Positions 45,292 to 55,427 of a stretch of 64,000 nucleotides of DNA are shown in pieces. Under the pieces are notes generated by a model. It worked only from the letters and a program-made list of their open reading frames with translations. It searched no databases and was not told where the DNA came from. The stretch comes from Myxococcota bacterium (GTDB lineage Bacteria > Myxococcota_A > Polyangia > Polyangiales > Houyiibacteriaceae), in the NCBI GenBank assembly GCA_020629955.1, contig JAHDCI010000005.1, positions 686 to 64,685 of the forward strand, written 5' to 3'. How positions within the stretch are numbered: the stretch's first letter is position 1; the number at the start of each line of letters is the position of its first letter. The position numbers and the translations under genes were made by a program.

Positions 45292-47171
45292 GAGTCGCCT
45301 CCAAGCCAGTTCGCGAGCGAGACGAGAGGTTGCAGCACGGTTCGAGTCGCGGCCCGACGTTCGTCGGATGCACCGACCCACTCCGCGAGCGTTGGTCCAT
45401 ACTCGTAGTAGGCATCCACAAAAGCGCGCCCGGGCGCGTTCGAGAGAAGGTGTCGGTCGCGGAACCGACGAAGCGCGCGAATCTCGTCCGCCATCGGGGT
45501 GCCGTAGCTGGCCGTTGCCACGAAACAGGGGGAGACCGTCGTGAAAATGATCTCCGTCGTTACGACCTGCGCGACGCTGACTCCCGAAGAGGCATTGCAA
45601 TCATCGACAGCGCGAACGCCAACGTAGTACTCGGTCTGCGGCTGGAGGTGACCGATTTCAAACTCAATGCGCTCACCTGGCGCGGCTCCCGTTGGAACAA
45701 CCACGGCAACATCCTCGAGGCTCGCGGCCTTCGCTTCCGTGCCCCAGGTGTTGAAGTTCATCCCCGGCTCGAATGGAGTCGTCGCGACGCGGACTTCGTA
45801 TGCACTCAGCGGTCGATCGAGTTCTGGCGCGATAAAGCCAACATGCGCGAACTCCCACGACTTCTCCTCGTCGAGCTCCAGGGTCATTCCCGTGGGAATG
45901 CCCGGCGTCAGCTCCACGTCGCATCGACCAAGACATTCGCGGCTGCCGGGATCACAAAGGAAACCTTCATCACACGGCGCCTCCGGCCCGCAGGATGTGA
46001 AGCACTGGGGTGGAGGGTCGTCACCGGCGCACACGTTCGTCGCGGGAACCGTTACCCGAATCCGTGCGCCGCCGTTGTCTGCGAGCAGTCGATCCGCGCC
46101 ACTGCCGGGGGAACCACCGGGGTCGTCGGAGATCGTCTCATCAAGCGGACGAATCTCCCCATCTTCGCCATGGGTCGATCCATATCCAATCGGCGCGTTG
46201 ACACGAACGTCGTCGCCACTTCGCGAAATCTGGACCGGGATTTCGTAAACCACGGAGGGTTGACCGCGATACGGATAGCCATAGCTGCGAGCCCAATGAT
46301 CCCAAGTTCCCGTCCCGAGAGTCGGTGTCGGGTATCGCTCAGGGCCATACGAAGTGTTGTAGTCGCCTTCGACATTTACCTCGACGAAGATCGAGTAGTC
46401 GCCGTCCGCCCAATCTTCTGGAACATTAAAGCGGAACGTTCGGGTCTCGGCCCCGGGGAGGGTCGCCATCGTGACCGCATCGATCTCCGGCATCGCGACC
46501 GCAGCGTCATCTGCAAAACGAAGCACATCTTCATGGTCCATCCCGAGAAGCTCGGGAAGGTCCCGACGCGGCGGATAGAGCGCTCCGGTATCCATCGCCC
46601 GCATCATCGTCTCTTCGCCGTTCTCAAGCTCGTAGGGTTCGGCGTATCCGTTCGAAACGTCCGAATCCGTCAGGTACCGCCCCTTGTCACTGTTGAACTG
46701 AGAAGCACAAGTCACGGCATCCAGTGCATCCCGGGTCGTGGTCGACTGGTTAAACGAGAGGCAAAAGTAGCTGTCCGGCGAGGCATCGTTGCTCGTTCGA
46801 GACGCGAAACCTTCGCTGGCGCGGTCTTGAAAAATGACGCGTCGAAAGGGTTCCTGCGCGCTTTGACGTCGGTGTGCCCAGACGGGCAAAACGCCTTCGC
46901 GGCGACCATAAGGCCAATGGAACCCGCTGTTCATCTGCATGGCTCCAGGGCGATTCCCGATACCGCGCAGCGCGGTCGCTTCGGTCAGGCGCAATGTCTG
47001 CAAAAATTCGCCATCCGCGGTTTCGATCCAAATCGCGATCTGAGCGCGCGAGGTCGGCGTGAACTCCAGCTCCACGATCCGTTGCTGTGCGTGCAGCGCA
47101 GTGGGAACCAGCAGGGAGAGAAGCACCGCAAATAGAAGCGTGCCGGAGCCTCGAACGAAGCGAAAATCCAT
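45288..47171 (-). CDS. Secreted DUF2271-like, FN3-like and CFI-box-CTERM protein
   Basis: Signal peptide; QIAIWIETADGEFLQTL...DAVTMAT...DGDYSIFVE; LQPQTEYYVGVRAVD; CFVATASYG...LRRFRD...YY. Confidence 0.8.
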   Translation of the reverse strand: MDFRFVRGSGTLLFAVLLSLLVPTALHAQQRIVELEFTPTSRAQIAIWIETADGEFLQTLRLTEATALRGIGNRPGAMQMNSGFHWPYGRREGVLPVWAHRRQSAQEPFRRVIFQDRASEGFASRTSNDASPDSYFCLSFNQSTTTRDALDAVTCASQFNSDKGRYLTDSDVSNGYAEPYELENGEETMMRAMDTGALYPPRRDLPELLGMDHEDVLRFADDAAVAMPEIDAVTMATLPGAETRTFRFNVPEDWADGDYSIFVEVNVEGDYNTSYGPERYPTPTLGTGTWDHWARSYGYPYRGQPSVVYEIPVQISRSGDDVRVNAPIGYGSTHGEDGEIRPLDETISDDPGGSPGSGADRLLADNGGARIRVTVPATNVCAGDDPPPQCFTSCGPEAPCDEGFLCDPGSRECLGRCDVELTPGIPTGMTLELDEEKSWEFAHVGFIAPELDRPLSAYEVRVATTPFEPGMNFNTWGTEAKAASLEDVAVVVPTGAAPGERIEFEIGHLQPQTEYYVGVRAVDDCNASSGVSVAQVVTTEIIFTTVSPCFVATASYGTPMADEIRALRRFRDRHLLSNAPGRAFVDAYYEYGPTLAEWVGASDERRAATRTVLQPLVSLANWLGGDS

Positions 47172-47437
47172 GGCGAAAATATAGCAGCCTTCATGAAACT
47201 CGGAAATCGGCCGGCGCCCTCGGCGTGAGATTGCTCTTCGGGACAGAAACGGTTCTCACTGGAAACCGTTGTCGGCCTCCCCCGGCCTACCGGCGCCACG
47301 AGACAAAAGCGACTGTTTTTCGTCCGAAATCGGTAGTCGATGGCACTCGTTCGCGATCGCGGCGGGAATGGGTGCAGGAACGGCTTCAGAAAACGACCCA
47401 ATATGAAGTTCTGTAAAGAACGGGCGTACTTTCCATC

Positions 47438-48988
47438 TTGCGGCGATCGAGGCGCGGTTTCTCTTTGCGCCGCGACCTCGACATCGATCCGCGCTACTCT
47501 GAAGTCGTGTCCGAAGAACACCAAGAAGTGGACGAGTCACCACCAAGGCCGGTATGGAGGCGTATGGTCTACCGCTGGCTACGCTCTCCCCTTTCCGTCG
47601 CACTGGGCGGCGCGCTCTTGTTCGGCGGACTTTCAGCAGGCTATCGCTCGATGGGGCCCTCGGAGACCATCGCGCATGCCGAGCCAGATCCACGACCCAT
47701 TGTTCCCTCGGAGGAGGGACGTCTTGTCGGTGTGGACGAACCCGAAGCGATCGTTCGCGTGGGGCCGCGACTTCTCGAACCGGCCGATCCGGAACAACCC
47801 GGTTTGTCCATTTCGATCGAGGACGCGGACGGCCATTCGATGGACCGACTTCATGCTGCGCTGCGGCGCGCCGAGGCGGACGAAGGCCAAGCGCGTTTGC
47901 TCTTCTACGGCGCATCCCATGTCGCTTCGGACCTCTTCACAGGCATCGTTCGGCGCCGGCTCCAGGGGCGTTTTGGAGATGCGGGACACGGTATCATCGT
48001 CCCTGGAAAACCTTGGCGCAGCTACCGACATCGCGATATCCGCGTCGAAGCGAACGGCCGTTGGGACTCCGCTCGAGTTCGGGGGAATACCCGTGAAATT
48101 GGCCATTACGGCGTCGCGGGAACCTATGTCGAGACAGACCGCGAAGGGGCATATAGCCGGGTCCGCACGGCGCGCTCGGGGGTCGGAACGGAGGCGAGCC
48201 TCTTCGACCTCTATTACCTCCGTCAACCTGGCGGAGGCAGTTTCGATGTACTGATCGATGGACAGCGCCGCGAACGCGTCTCCACGGACGGTCTTCTCGG
48301 CGGGGGCTACGCGACCTTCGAAGTGCCGATGGGGCCGCACTCCTTCGAGGTTCGCACCCGAGGCGGTGCGGTTCGGCTTTTCGGTCTCGCAGTCGAGCGT
48401 CAGGAACCCGGCGTCATCGTCGACACCCTTGGCATTAACGGCGCCCGAGCGCGCTATCACCTCCTCTGGGAAGATCAGCTCTATCGCGAGCACCTTGCGA
48501 GACGCCAAGCCGACCTCGTCGTCCTCGCTTACGGCACGAACGAATCCGGCGACGACTTGCCGATCGAAATTTACGAAGAGCAACTGAACACCGTCGTTTC
48601 CCGCGTCCGAGAAGTCGCGCCACAAGCGGCATGCCTGCTCATCGGCCCCTCGGATCGCCCGATTCGCCGCGAGGATGGCACGTTCGAAAACCGGCCACGA
48701 ACCGCGGCTTTGGTCGCGACGCAGCACAAGGTCGCGGTTGAACAAGGATGTGGCTTCTTCGACCTTGTCTCCTTTTCAGGTGGCGCTCTGTCGATGGTGG
48801 AATGGGCGGCAAGCGATCCACCTTACGCCGCACCCGACCATATCCACTACACCCGGCGTGGCTACGAGCGGCTTGGCGAAGTCATGGTGCGTGCGCTCCT
48901 CGAGGGAATGGATAACAACGAAGACGACGCCCACGGCGAACCCGAGGCCGGCGCGGAGCTCCCGCCCGCGAGCGAGGACAGCGAGTAA
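47438..48988 (+). CDS. SGNH/GDSL hydrolase (PatB/Ape-like); start uncertain
   Basis: YGASH, GINGAR, YGTNE and DHIH blocks; N-terminal TM helix. Confidence 0.8.
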   Translation: MRRSRRGFSLRRDLDIDPRYSEVVSEEHQEVDESPPRPVWRRMVYRWLRSPLSVALGGALLFGGLSAGYRSMGPSETIAHAEPDPRPIVPSEEGRLVGVDEPEAIVRVGPRLLEPADPEQPGLSISIEDADGHSMDRLHAALRRAEADEGQARLLFYGASHVASDLFTGIVRRRLQGRFGDAGHGIIVPGKPWRSYRHRDIRVEANGRWDSARVRGNTREIGHYGVAGTYVETDREGAYSRVRTARSGVGTEASLFDLYYLRQPGGGSFDVLIDGQRRERVSTDGLLGGGYATFEVPMGPHSFEVRTRGGAVRLFGLAVERQEPGVIVDTLGINGARARYHLLWEDQLYREHLARRQADLVVLAYGTNESGDDLPIEIYEEQLNTVVSRVREVAPQAACLLIGPSDRPIRREDGTFENRPRTAALVATQHKVAVEQGCGFFDLVSFSGGALSMVEWAASDPPYAAPDHIHYTRRGYERLGEVMVRALLEGMDNNEDDAHGEPEAGAELPPASEDSE

Positions 48989-49045
48989 GCGCGCCGTCTT
49001 CCCCGTTTTTTTGGTCGACGAGTCAAGGTTTCGTAGGTTCGGAAC

Positions 49046-49600
49046 ATGACTCGTCCGAATCTCTCGCTTCTGGTTCCGCTCGCGCTCGCAGCGCTCTCGA
49101 TGAGCGGCTGTATTTTGAACAACGTGAGCTCTCAGGAGCGCCTTCGCGACGCCGTCGTCGGGCTCAACGATGAGGTTCGATGGAATCGCCTCGACCTTGC
49201 GACGCAGCGAGTGGCGTTCCCGCATCGCAATACGTTCCGCGCGACACATCATCGCTGGCACCGAGAGCTTCGCATCGCAGATTTCGACATCATGCAGGTG
49301 CAGACCTCGGGAGATGAATCGGAAGGTGCGACGTCGATTGTTGTCGTGCATTGGTACGACGAAGACACGATGTTGCTGCACGAGACAACGCTTCGTCAGA
49401 CGTGGGAAAAGTTCACTGGCGGTTACCTGATGGTCAACGAAGAAGTCGCCTCGGGCGCCGAAGCGCTGCTCGAGATTCCAGAAGAGCTCCTCCCGCCCGA
49501 AGACGGCGAAGAGGGTGAAGAAACGACTGAGCCGACGGAAGAAACGGAATCTGCGGGTGCGCAGGTCGTGGCCAACGCAGAGACTGTGCAAGACTCCTAA
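49046..49600 (+). CDS. Hypothetical lipoprotein
   Basis: MSGC lipobox, acidic tail. Confidence 0.7.
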   Translation: MTRPNLSLLVPLALAALSMSGCILNNVSSQERLRDAVVGLNDEVRWNRLDLATQRVAFPHRNTFRATHHRWHRELRIADFDIMQVQTSGDESEGATSIVVVHWYDEDTMLLHETTLRQTWEKFTGGYLMVNEEVASGAEALLEIPEELLPPEDGEEGEETTEPTEETESAGAQVVANAETVQDS

Positions 49601-49624
49601 GGACGGGCGAATGGCCCAATCGGC

Positions 49625-49658
49625 GGCGCCGCGGGAATCTCGCGGCGCCTCTTTTTTT
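49625..49658 (+). terminator. Rho-independent terminator
   Basis: GGCGCCGCG / CGCGGCGCC stem followed by a T run. Confidence 0.7.
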
Positions 49659-49752
49659 GCCGGCGCAGGCGAGCGGAGAGAACTTCGCGTACAACCGCGT
49701 AGCATCGTGCAAGGTGACGAATCTTGTCACGGATTCGGGTTAGCCTCACCCC

Positions 49753-50145
49753 ATGTCCACAATCGCAACCTGCTCGTGCAACCAGCTCCACCTAACCATC
49801 GAGGGCGAGCTGCCGCAGACCTCCATGTGTCATTGCGTGGAGTGCCGTCGACGTACCGGAAGCGCGTTTGGTCTACAGATACGGGTTCCGAAAAGAGTCG
49901 TCTCCATTCGCGGCGAGCCACATTGCTACACGCGGAGAGGCGATGAGGGAGAAGTCCGCTTTTCGTTCTGTCCCGAGTGCGGGACCACGCTCTTCTGGGA
50001 AGTCAGCGGTATGCCCGATTCCTGGATCGTCGCAGCGGGGGCACTCGCGGTCGCGGAAATTCCAGCGCCGACCTTCTCGGTCTACGAGGACCGAATCCCC
50101 TCTTGGCTGATCCTTCCCGATTCGATCGAGACACACATGGCGTAA
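49753..50145 (+). CDS. GFA (CENP-V) family protein
   Basis: CSC, CHCVECRRRTGS, FCPECGT. Confidence 0.9.
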   Translation: MSTIATCSCNQLHLTIEGELPQTSMCHCVECRRRTGSAFGLQIRVPKRVVSIRGEPHCYTRRGDEGEVRFSFCPECGTTLFWEVSGMPDSWIVAAGALAVAEIPAPTFSVYEDRIPSWLILPDSIETHMA

Positions 50146-50312
50146 CCATCGCTCTCGAACACGAAGCGATGTCGGAGCGTCGACGAGAGCGGCCACCCCG
50201 ACGCAAGACTCCACCGATGCGGCTTGTGCGGGGACGGCGGCCGCCGAGCAGAATAGCGTTCAAAAACGGAAATCCGACGTGCATGAGGCTTCGGGCGTGA
50301 TACAAGCGGGCC

Positions 50313-50942
50313 GTGACGTTGGTGATCGGAATCGCGGGGGGAACTGGCTCAGGCAAGACGACGATCGCGCGTCGAATAACTTCGGCGCTGCCGTCGACTG
50401 CGGTCGATCGCATCGAACACGATAGTTATTACCGGGACCGTCAGGATCTTCCTTACGAAGACCGCTGCAAACTCAACTTCGACCACCCTTCTTCGCTCGA
50501 GACCGAACTCTTGATCGAACACGTTGCGAAACTACGCGAGGGGCACGCGATCGAAGTGCCCGAGTACGATTTCACAACCCACAGCCGAAAAACCGAGACG
50601 CGCCGCGTGGAGCCCCGCGATGTCATCGTGGTGGAAGGCATCTTGGTCTTGGCCGAGGAGCGGCTTCGGGAGCTCTTCGACATCAAACTCTTTGTCGATA
50701 CCGATTCCGACATCCGCGCCTTTCGCCGCATCCGCCGCGATATTGAGAAACGTGGACGCACGTTCGAACAGGTTCGGGACCAGTACTACAACTCCGTACG
50801 GCCGATGCACCTACGCTTCGTCGAACCCTCGAAGCGATGGGCGGACCTCATCATTCCCGAAGGCGGCAATAACCGAGTTGCCCTCGATATCCTGATCGCA
50901 AAGATCAGCGCCGTCGTACGAGACAACGAGAACGAGGCGTAG
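50313..50942 (+). CDS. udk: Uridine kinase
   Basis: IGIAGGTGSGKTT, HDSYY, NFDHP, VEGIL, FVEPSKRWAD. Confidence 0.95.
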   Translation: MTLVIGIAGGTGSGKTTIARRITSALPSTAVDRIEHDSYYRDRQDLPYEDRCKLNFDHPSSLETELLIEHVAKLREGHAIEVPEYDFTTHSRKTETRRVEPRDVIVVEGILVLAEERLRELFDIKLFVDTDSDIRAFRRIRRDIEKRGRTFEQVRDQYYNSVRPMHLRFVEPSKRWADLIIPEGGNNRVALDILIAKISAVVRDNENEA

Positions 50943-50969
50943 CGTCCCGCTGCCGAGAGGTCCTCAACG

Positions 50970-51005
50970 AAAAAGGGCGCAACCTCGATGGCTGCGCCCT
51001 TTTCT
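50970..51005. terminator. Bidirectional terminator
   Basis: AAAAAGGGCGCA / TGCGCCCTTTT. Confidence 0.75.
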
Positions 51006-51021
51006 GTTTGCAAGCGAAAGC

Positions 51022-51849
51022 TCAGGCCTCTTCACGTCGGCGGACCACAATGGTGGCCATACCTTCATCCGACTCGAACTGGCGGCGGTATCGCTCGGCA
51101 ACGCCTCGCTGTTCGAAGGGCCCGATGCGAACGCGATAGAAGCGCCCACGGCCCTCGACCTCGGCTTCCATCACGAAGGCGTCGTGGCCCTTGTCGCGAA
51201 GAACGCGAGCGAAAAGCTCGGCTTCATCCGGCGTGCGATAGGAAATGACCTGGAGAGTGTAGCGCCCATCGCTGCCGACGCGGCCGGGCTCCGGCGCACG
51301 CTCCGGCTCGGGGAGCGCCTGCGCCGCCATCGGATCGCGGGGGAGCGCGCGAGCGAGCTCACGAGAGTCACCGGCCGCGAGATGCGAGGCGGGCATCGCC
51401 GCAAGCGGTAGCGCTGCCACGGGATGGGCAACGGGAGTAGTAGAGGGAGCGGCCAGGGGAGCGGGCTGGAGAGCGGAAGGCTGATGGAGAACGCCGAGCA
51501 TCGCTTCTTCCGCGGCGGCATTGGCAAGCGTGGCGGCAACTTCGGGACGTTCGTCCGCAACGAGCGTCTCGGGGAAGCGAAGCGAGGTCCGGTCGATCTC
51601 GATGCTCGGCCGCTGCTCCTGCTCCGCCGATGCAATTTCCTGAGCCAGCTCTTCACTCGGAGCGAGCGCGGCGAGGGGATCTACTGCCTCCGGAGCCTCG
51701 TTTCGCGGCGCGAGCAACTCTGCCATCCCGTACAAGAGAACCAGGGTCGCACCGAGCGCGACCACGAACGCACCCGCACGTCGGAAATTCCCGTCCCCGT
51801 GGGGAGAGGTTTCCTCGATTCGTTCCAGGTCTCGCATCGCTGTATCCAC
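51022..51849 (-). CDS. SPOR-domain protein
   Basis: TM helix, Pro/Ala linker, YTLQVISY...YRVRIGPF; AAGGAG RBS before GTG 51849. Confidence 0.85.
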   Translation of the reverse strand: MDTAMRDLERIEETSPHGDGNFRRAGAFVVALGATLVLLYGMAELLAPRNEAPEAVDPLAALAPSEELAQEIASAEQEQRPSIEIDRTSLRFPETLVADERPEVAATLANAAAEEAMLGVLHQPSALQPAPLAAPSTTPVAHPVAALPLAAMPASHLAAGDSRELARALPRDPMAAQALPEPERAPEPGRVGSDGRYTLQVISYRTPDEAELFARVLRDKGHDAFVMEAEVEGRGRFYRVRIGPFEQRGVAERYRRQFESDEGMATIVVRRREEA

Positions 51850-51985
51850 TGTGATCTCCTTCGTCGGCGGTTCCGAAGCGCCGATATAAGACATGTAGGA
51901 CACTTGAATACATGTAATCAAGAAAACGACATGAAGGTATATGGACTACTGATTCTCGGCCAGCACGGGTGCGCGACGACGCGCC

Positions 51986-53479
51986 ATGATTTACGGTCCC
52001 CCAATGTTCGCGCCGAGCCTCTCCCTCGAAGCCTTTCAGGAATACGCCGCTCGCGGGGCGAGCGTGATCCCGCTCGAGATTTCACTAAGTTCGGATCATC
52101 TAACTCCCGTCCTGGCGCTTGAGACACTCGCTCCGGAAGGGGATGCATTTCTGCTCGAAAGCGTTGTTGGTGGTGAGAGCTGGGCACGCTATAGCTTCGT
52201 AGGGTTCGCGCCTGAAGTCCGGGTGCGGGGAGATCAGCGAGGCCTTGAGATCGACGACGGCCTGACGAAGAAGTTTCACGCCGGAGATCCCTTTAGTGCC
52301 CTTCGAGACGTGCTCTCACAGTGGAAGCCGCCCCAGGAGCTCAGCGCCAACCTACCTCCCTTCTGGGGTGGCGCGGTCGGTGCAATCCCCTACTCTGCGG
52401 CGCATGCCTTCGAACCCGCTTCGGGTCAAAGGCGCGGACGAGAGCTTGAGTTTGGTTTGGGGCATACCGTCGCCGTCTTCGACAGCTGGGGTCAGCGCCT
52501 TCGCCTGATCAAGCCGGTCCGAATCGATTCGCGCGGGGTAGATGCTTGCTATCAGAACGGCATCCGTCAGCTTCGCGAAGCCAAAGAGAAACTGGCCTCC
52601 CCCGTACAGCTGCCAGCGTTGCCACCGCCAGGAGCGGCGCCCGATTCTGTCCCTCCTTCTTCGTTTCGCCACGAGGAATTTCTCGCCGCAGTCGAGAGCG
52701 CCAAAGAGTACATCCGCGCGGGGGATATCTTTCAGGTGGTTCTTTCACAGCGCTTGGAGGTCGACGCGAGCGACATTCGGCCGATCGATCTCTACCGGGC
52801 GCTTCGCATGATCAACCCATCCCCTTACATGTATTTTCTCCGCATGGGGGAAACGGAGATCGCAGGCGCCAGCCCAGAAACGCTCGTACGCGTGCAAGAC
52901 GGGGAAGCGACACTTCGTCCGATCGCAGGGACGCGCAGACGGACGGGCGACGCCGACACCGACCAAGCGCTGGCCGAGGAGCTACTCGCAGATCCCAAGG
53001 AACGCGCCGAGCACGTGATGCTGGTCGACCTCGGGCGCAATGACCTTGGGCGCATTGCCAAGACGGGAAGCGTGACCATCGACGAGGCCATGGCGATCGA
53101 GCACTTCTCACATGTCATGCATATGACGTCCACTCTGCGAGCGACGTTGAAAGACGGGGCTGACGCAATCGATGTCCTCCGTGCAACCTTCCCGGCGGGC
53201 ACCCTCTCCGGCGCCCCCAAAGTCCGAGCGATGCAGATCATCGACGAACTCGAACCCTGCGATCGAGGCTACTACGGGGGCGCGATCGGCTATTTCAGCT
53301 TCGACGGAAACGCGGACTTCGCGATCGCGATTCGAACCTTGGTAAGCGAAAACGGAAAACTCTCCGTTCAAGCCGGCGCGGGCATCGTGGAGGCAAGCGA
53401 TCCTCAGCTGGAGTACGAGGAGACGCTGCACAAAGCCCGCGCCAACCTTGTCGCCTTGGTCTGCGCAGCACAGCGATAA
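51986..53479 (+). CDS. trpE: Anthranilate synthase component I
   Basis: FLLESV, GDIFQVVLSQR, NPSPYM, PIAGT, KERAEHVMLVDLGRND, PAGTLSGAPK. Confidence 0.9.
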   Translation: MIYGPPMFAPSLSLEAFQEYAARGASVIPLEISLSSDHLTPVLALETLAPEGDAFLLESVVGGESWARYSFVGFAPEVRVRGDQRGLEIDDGLTKKFHAGDPFSALRDVLSQWKPPQELSANLPPFWGGAVGAIPYSAAHAFEPASGQRRGRELEFGLGHTVAVFDSWGQRLRLIKPVRIDSRGVDACYQNGIRQLREAKEKLASPVQLPALPPPGAAPDSVPPSSFRHEEFLAAVESAKEYIRAGDIFQVVLSQRLEVDASDIRPIDLYRALRMINPSPYMYFLRMGETEIAGASPETLVRVQDGEATLRPIAGTRRRTGDADTDQALAEELLADPKERAEHVMLVDLGRNDLGRIAKTGSVTIDEAMAIEHFSHVMHMTSTLRATLKDGADAIDVLRATFPAGTLSGAPKVRAMQIIDELEPCDRGYYGGAIGYFSFDGNADFAIAIRTLVSENGKLSVQAGAGIVEASDPQLEYEETLHKARANLVALVCAAQR

Positions 53480-53631
53480 ACGCTCACCATCGCAGCACCT
53501 CGCCGCGGAGAGCTCGATGGAGGCTTCGCCGTCGTCTCCACTCGGTAGCGCCAACCGTAAAGAGTTTCATGCCGACTCCCATGAAGAGTACTGACGCCAG
53601 ACTTACATTCGCTTCGACCGACTCACGCGCG

Positions 53632-54747
53632 CTAACGAATCTCGTAGCTGAGCGAGAACTTCAAGGCCGGCGCCGCCGCGACATTTCGGGCGCCGAAGGC
53701 GCCGTCGTATCCAACTCCGAGGCCGAAGCCCGCAGCGATGTCCATCAAAAGCTCTACCCCGAACGAGTGGAACTCGACACCATCCCCAAGTCCGGCGACC
53801 CCTTGCCTCGAGAAGCCATCGGAACGTCGCTGAACGACCACCTGGCCCGCGAAGCGCACGATGAACCAGAAGCGGCGAAGAAAGTCCCGGTCGACACGGA
53901 TTCCGGTCTCAAGCCGGTAGACAAGTTGGTCCCGAATATCGCTCGGGTCGCCAATCGCGACTTCACGGGGTGTTGTTCGAATCGCGTAGCCAAGCGTCGC
54001 CTGCACGAACTGCTGCACTCGAAGCCAACCGAAGCCGCCACCAATCGCCACGGTGGGCGTCACATCAAACTCACCATCGCCCGTCGGAAGCAGCACCGAG
54101 ATCGCATCTTCAGAGGGGCTCTCACCGCGCGGAACCGGGTCCCCCGTGGGCAGCCCGAGGTAGACACCGAGGGAGACGTTGACCGGTCCTTCGTAAAGAC
54201 CGCTGAAGAGGCCGAGCCGGAGGTCCCCAAGGCCCGTTGTGGCGCCCTGGTCGACGAGCACGTTTCGACGGAACACCTCGCCATCGAGCGTCGCCATTAA
54301 CCATCGGTCGACGATGCCGACCTCAGAGTAGAGCGCGAGGCTATGCTGACGGTAGGGGTTGATCTCGACCGGGCTACCGTCAGGTCCGAAGAAGCGCTTC
54401 GCGAGGATGGTGCGGTAGCCGAGGTTAAAGTAAGCAGATCCCGGGTTTCGAATCCACGCTTGTGCCTCGACCTGTGTGGAAGTCCCAAGGATCGCGAGGA
54501 TCATGATCGCCAGCGTGAGGGCGCGAGTACGGCCTGCGCTATTCCGCTGACCCGCCCGCGTTAATCGAGCTTGGAGCCGACGAAGGAGTCCCAGGCTCGA
54601 CGTATCGGATGTGGGCTCGACTGCGTTCGCATGCTGCCCGGACGAGACTCGAGGGAGGACGCGCGCGAGGGCGCCGGAGCGAAGAGTGTTGTACTTCTTT
54701 TTCATACGAGAGCTCTGCGTGCTCGAGGGTTGCTTGGCCGATTTCAT
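53632..54747 (-). CDS. Outer-membrane beta-barrel-like protein; true start probably downstream of 54747
   Basis: Signal-like segment before EAQAW; TGLGDLRLG, LPTG; C-terminal FSLSYEIR. Confidence 0.65.
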   Translation of the reverse strand: MKSAKQPSSTQSSRMKKKYNTLRSGALARVLPRVSSGQHANAVEPTSDTSSLGLLRRLQARLTRAGQRNSAGRTRALTLAIMILAILGTSTQVEAQAWIRNPGSAYFNLGYRTILAKRFFGPDGSPVEINPYRQHSLALYSEVGIVDRWLMATLDGEVFRRNVLVDQGATTGLGDLRLGLFSGLYEGPVNVSLGVYLGLPTGDPVPRGESPSEDAISVLLPTGDGEFDVTPTVAIGGGFGWLRVQQFVQATLGYAIRTTPREVAIGDPSDIRDQLVYRLETGIRVDRDFLRRFWFIVRFAGQVVVQRRSDGFSRQGVAGLGDGVEFHSFGVELLMDIAAGFGLGVGYDGAFGARNVAAAPALKFSLSYEIR

Positions 54748-54756
54748 TCGTTCGCC

Positions 54757-55329
54757 TCAGTTCATTTCCGCGACCGCAAAACCGACGCCGAAGGGTTCGC
54801 AATAGATATGGGCGAAGTAGCTCTCTGGAAGGTCGATCGCATCGAAGCTGAACTCCGCGGCTCCGCTCGTTCCCGGGATCTCACCGAGGTTCAGGTCTGT
54901 CTCAGGGTCTACCGCACGTCCGAGAGAAGCGCGCGGACTCAGGACAAGAATGAGCCCAGGCCCCGGGTCGACTCTAAAGTCGTCGCCGAGACGGACCGAG
55001 TCGCGCATCATGGTGACCGAGCCACTCGCCGTATACCCGGAGCTTCCGGAAAAGGTGCCACGGATGGAACCGGATGGGCTCTCACTCGCGTCGGGCATCT
55101 CCCCAACATCCGGCGTCGCGTCGACCCCTTGCGACGCATCCTCTTCAACGTTCGCGTCGATCGCCGCATCCAAGCCTGCATCCATCGCGGCGCCGGAGTC
55201 GCCGAGCACGCTCGATTCGCGGAGGTCCGTAAAGGATGCATCGCAGGCCATCAAACAGCCGAACGCGACCAGCAGAAGAAGGTGAGGAAGGCGGGATGTT
55301 GCCCGCGAAGCAGAAGAAAAAGAGCGCAT
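54757..55329 (-). CDS. DM13-domain lipoprotein
   Basis: LMAC lipobox; GTF...GSV, GPGLILVLS, IYCEPFGVGFA. Confidence 0.75.
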   Translation of the reverse strand: MRSFSSASRATSRLPHLLLLVAFGCLMACDASFTDLRESSVLGDSGAAMDAGLDAAIDANVEEDASQGVDATPDVGEMPDASESPSGSIRGTFSGSSGYTASGSVTMMRDSVRLGDDFRVDPGPGLILVLSPRASLGRAVDPETDLNLGEIPGTSGAAEFSFDAIDLPESYFAHIYCEPFGVGFAVAEMN

Positions 55330-55427
55330 GTGCGAGACCTACGCCGCTCAGAAGCAAGTCGTTACGCTGATTCGAAAAATCCCGTTCAGGCAATTTAAAA
55401 CGGCGCGTTCGACAAATCTGAACGGGG

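Noticed and set aside
45330-47135. 601-aa plus-strand ORF (also 47633-48745, 59232-60248, 25333-26259 and 639-1583)
   Set aside because: These are antisense shadows of well-supported genes, expected from high-GC codon bias, and show no motifs.
50189-50244. Interrupted GC-rich hairpin upstream of udk
   Set aside because: The stems are short and GC-rich, there is no second copy, and chance explains it at this composition.
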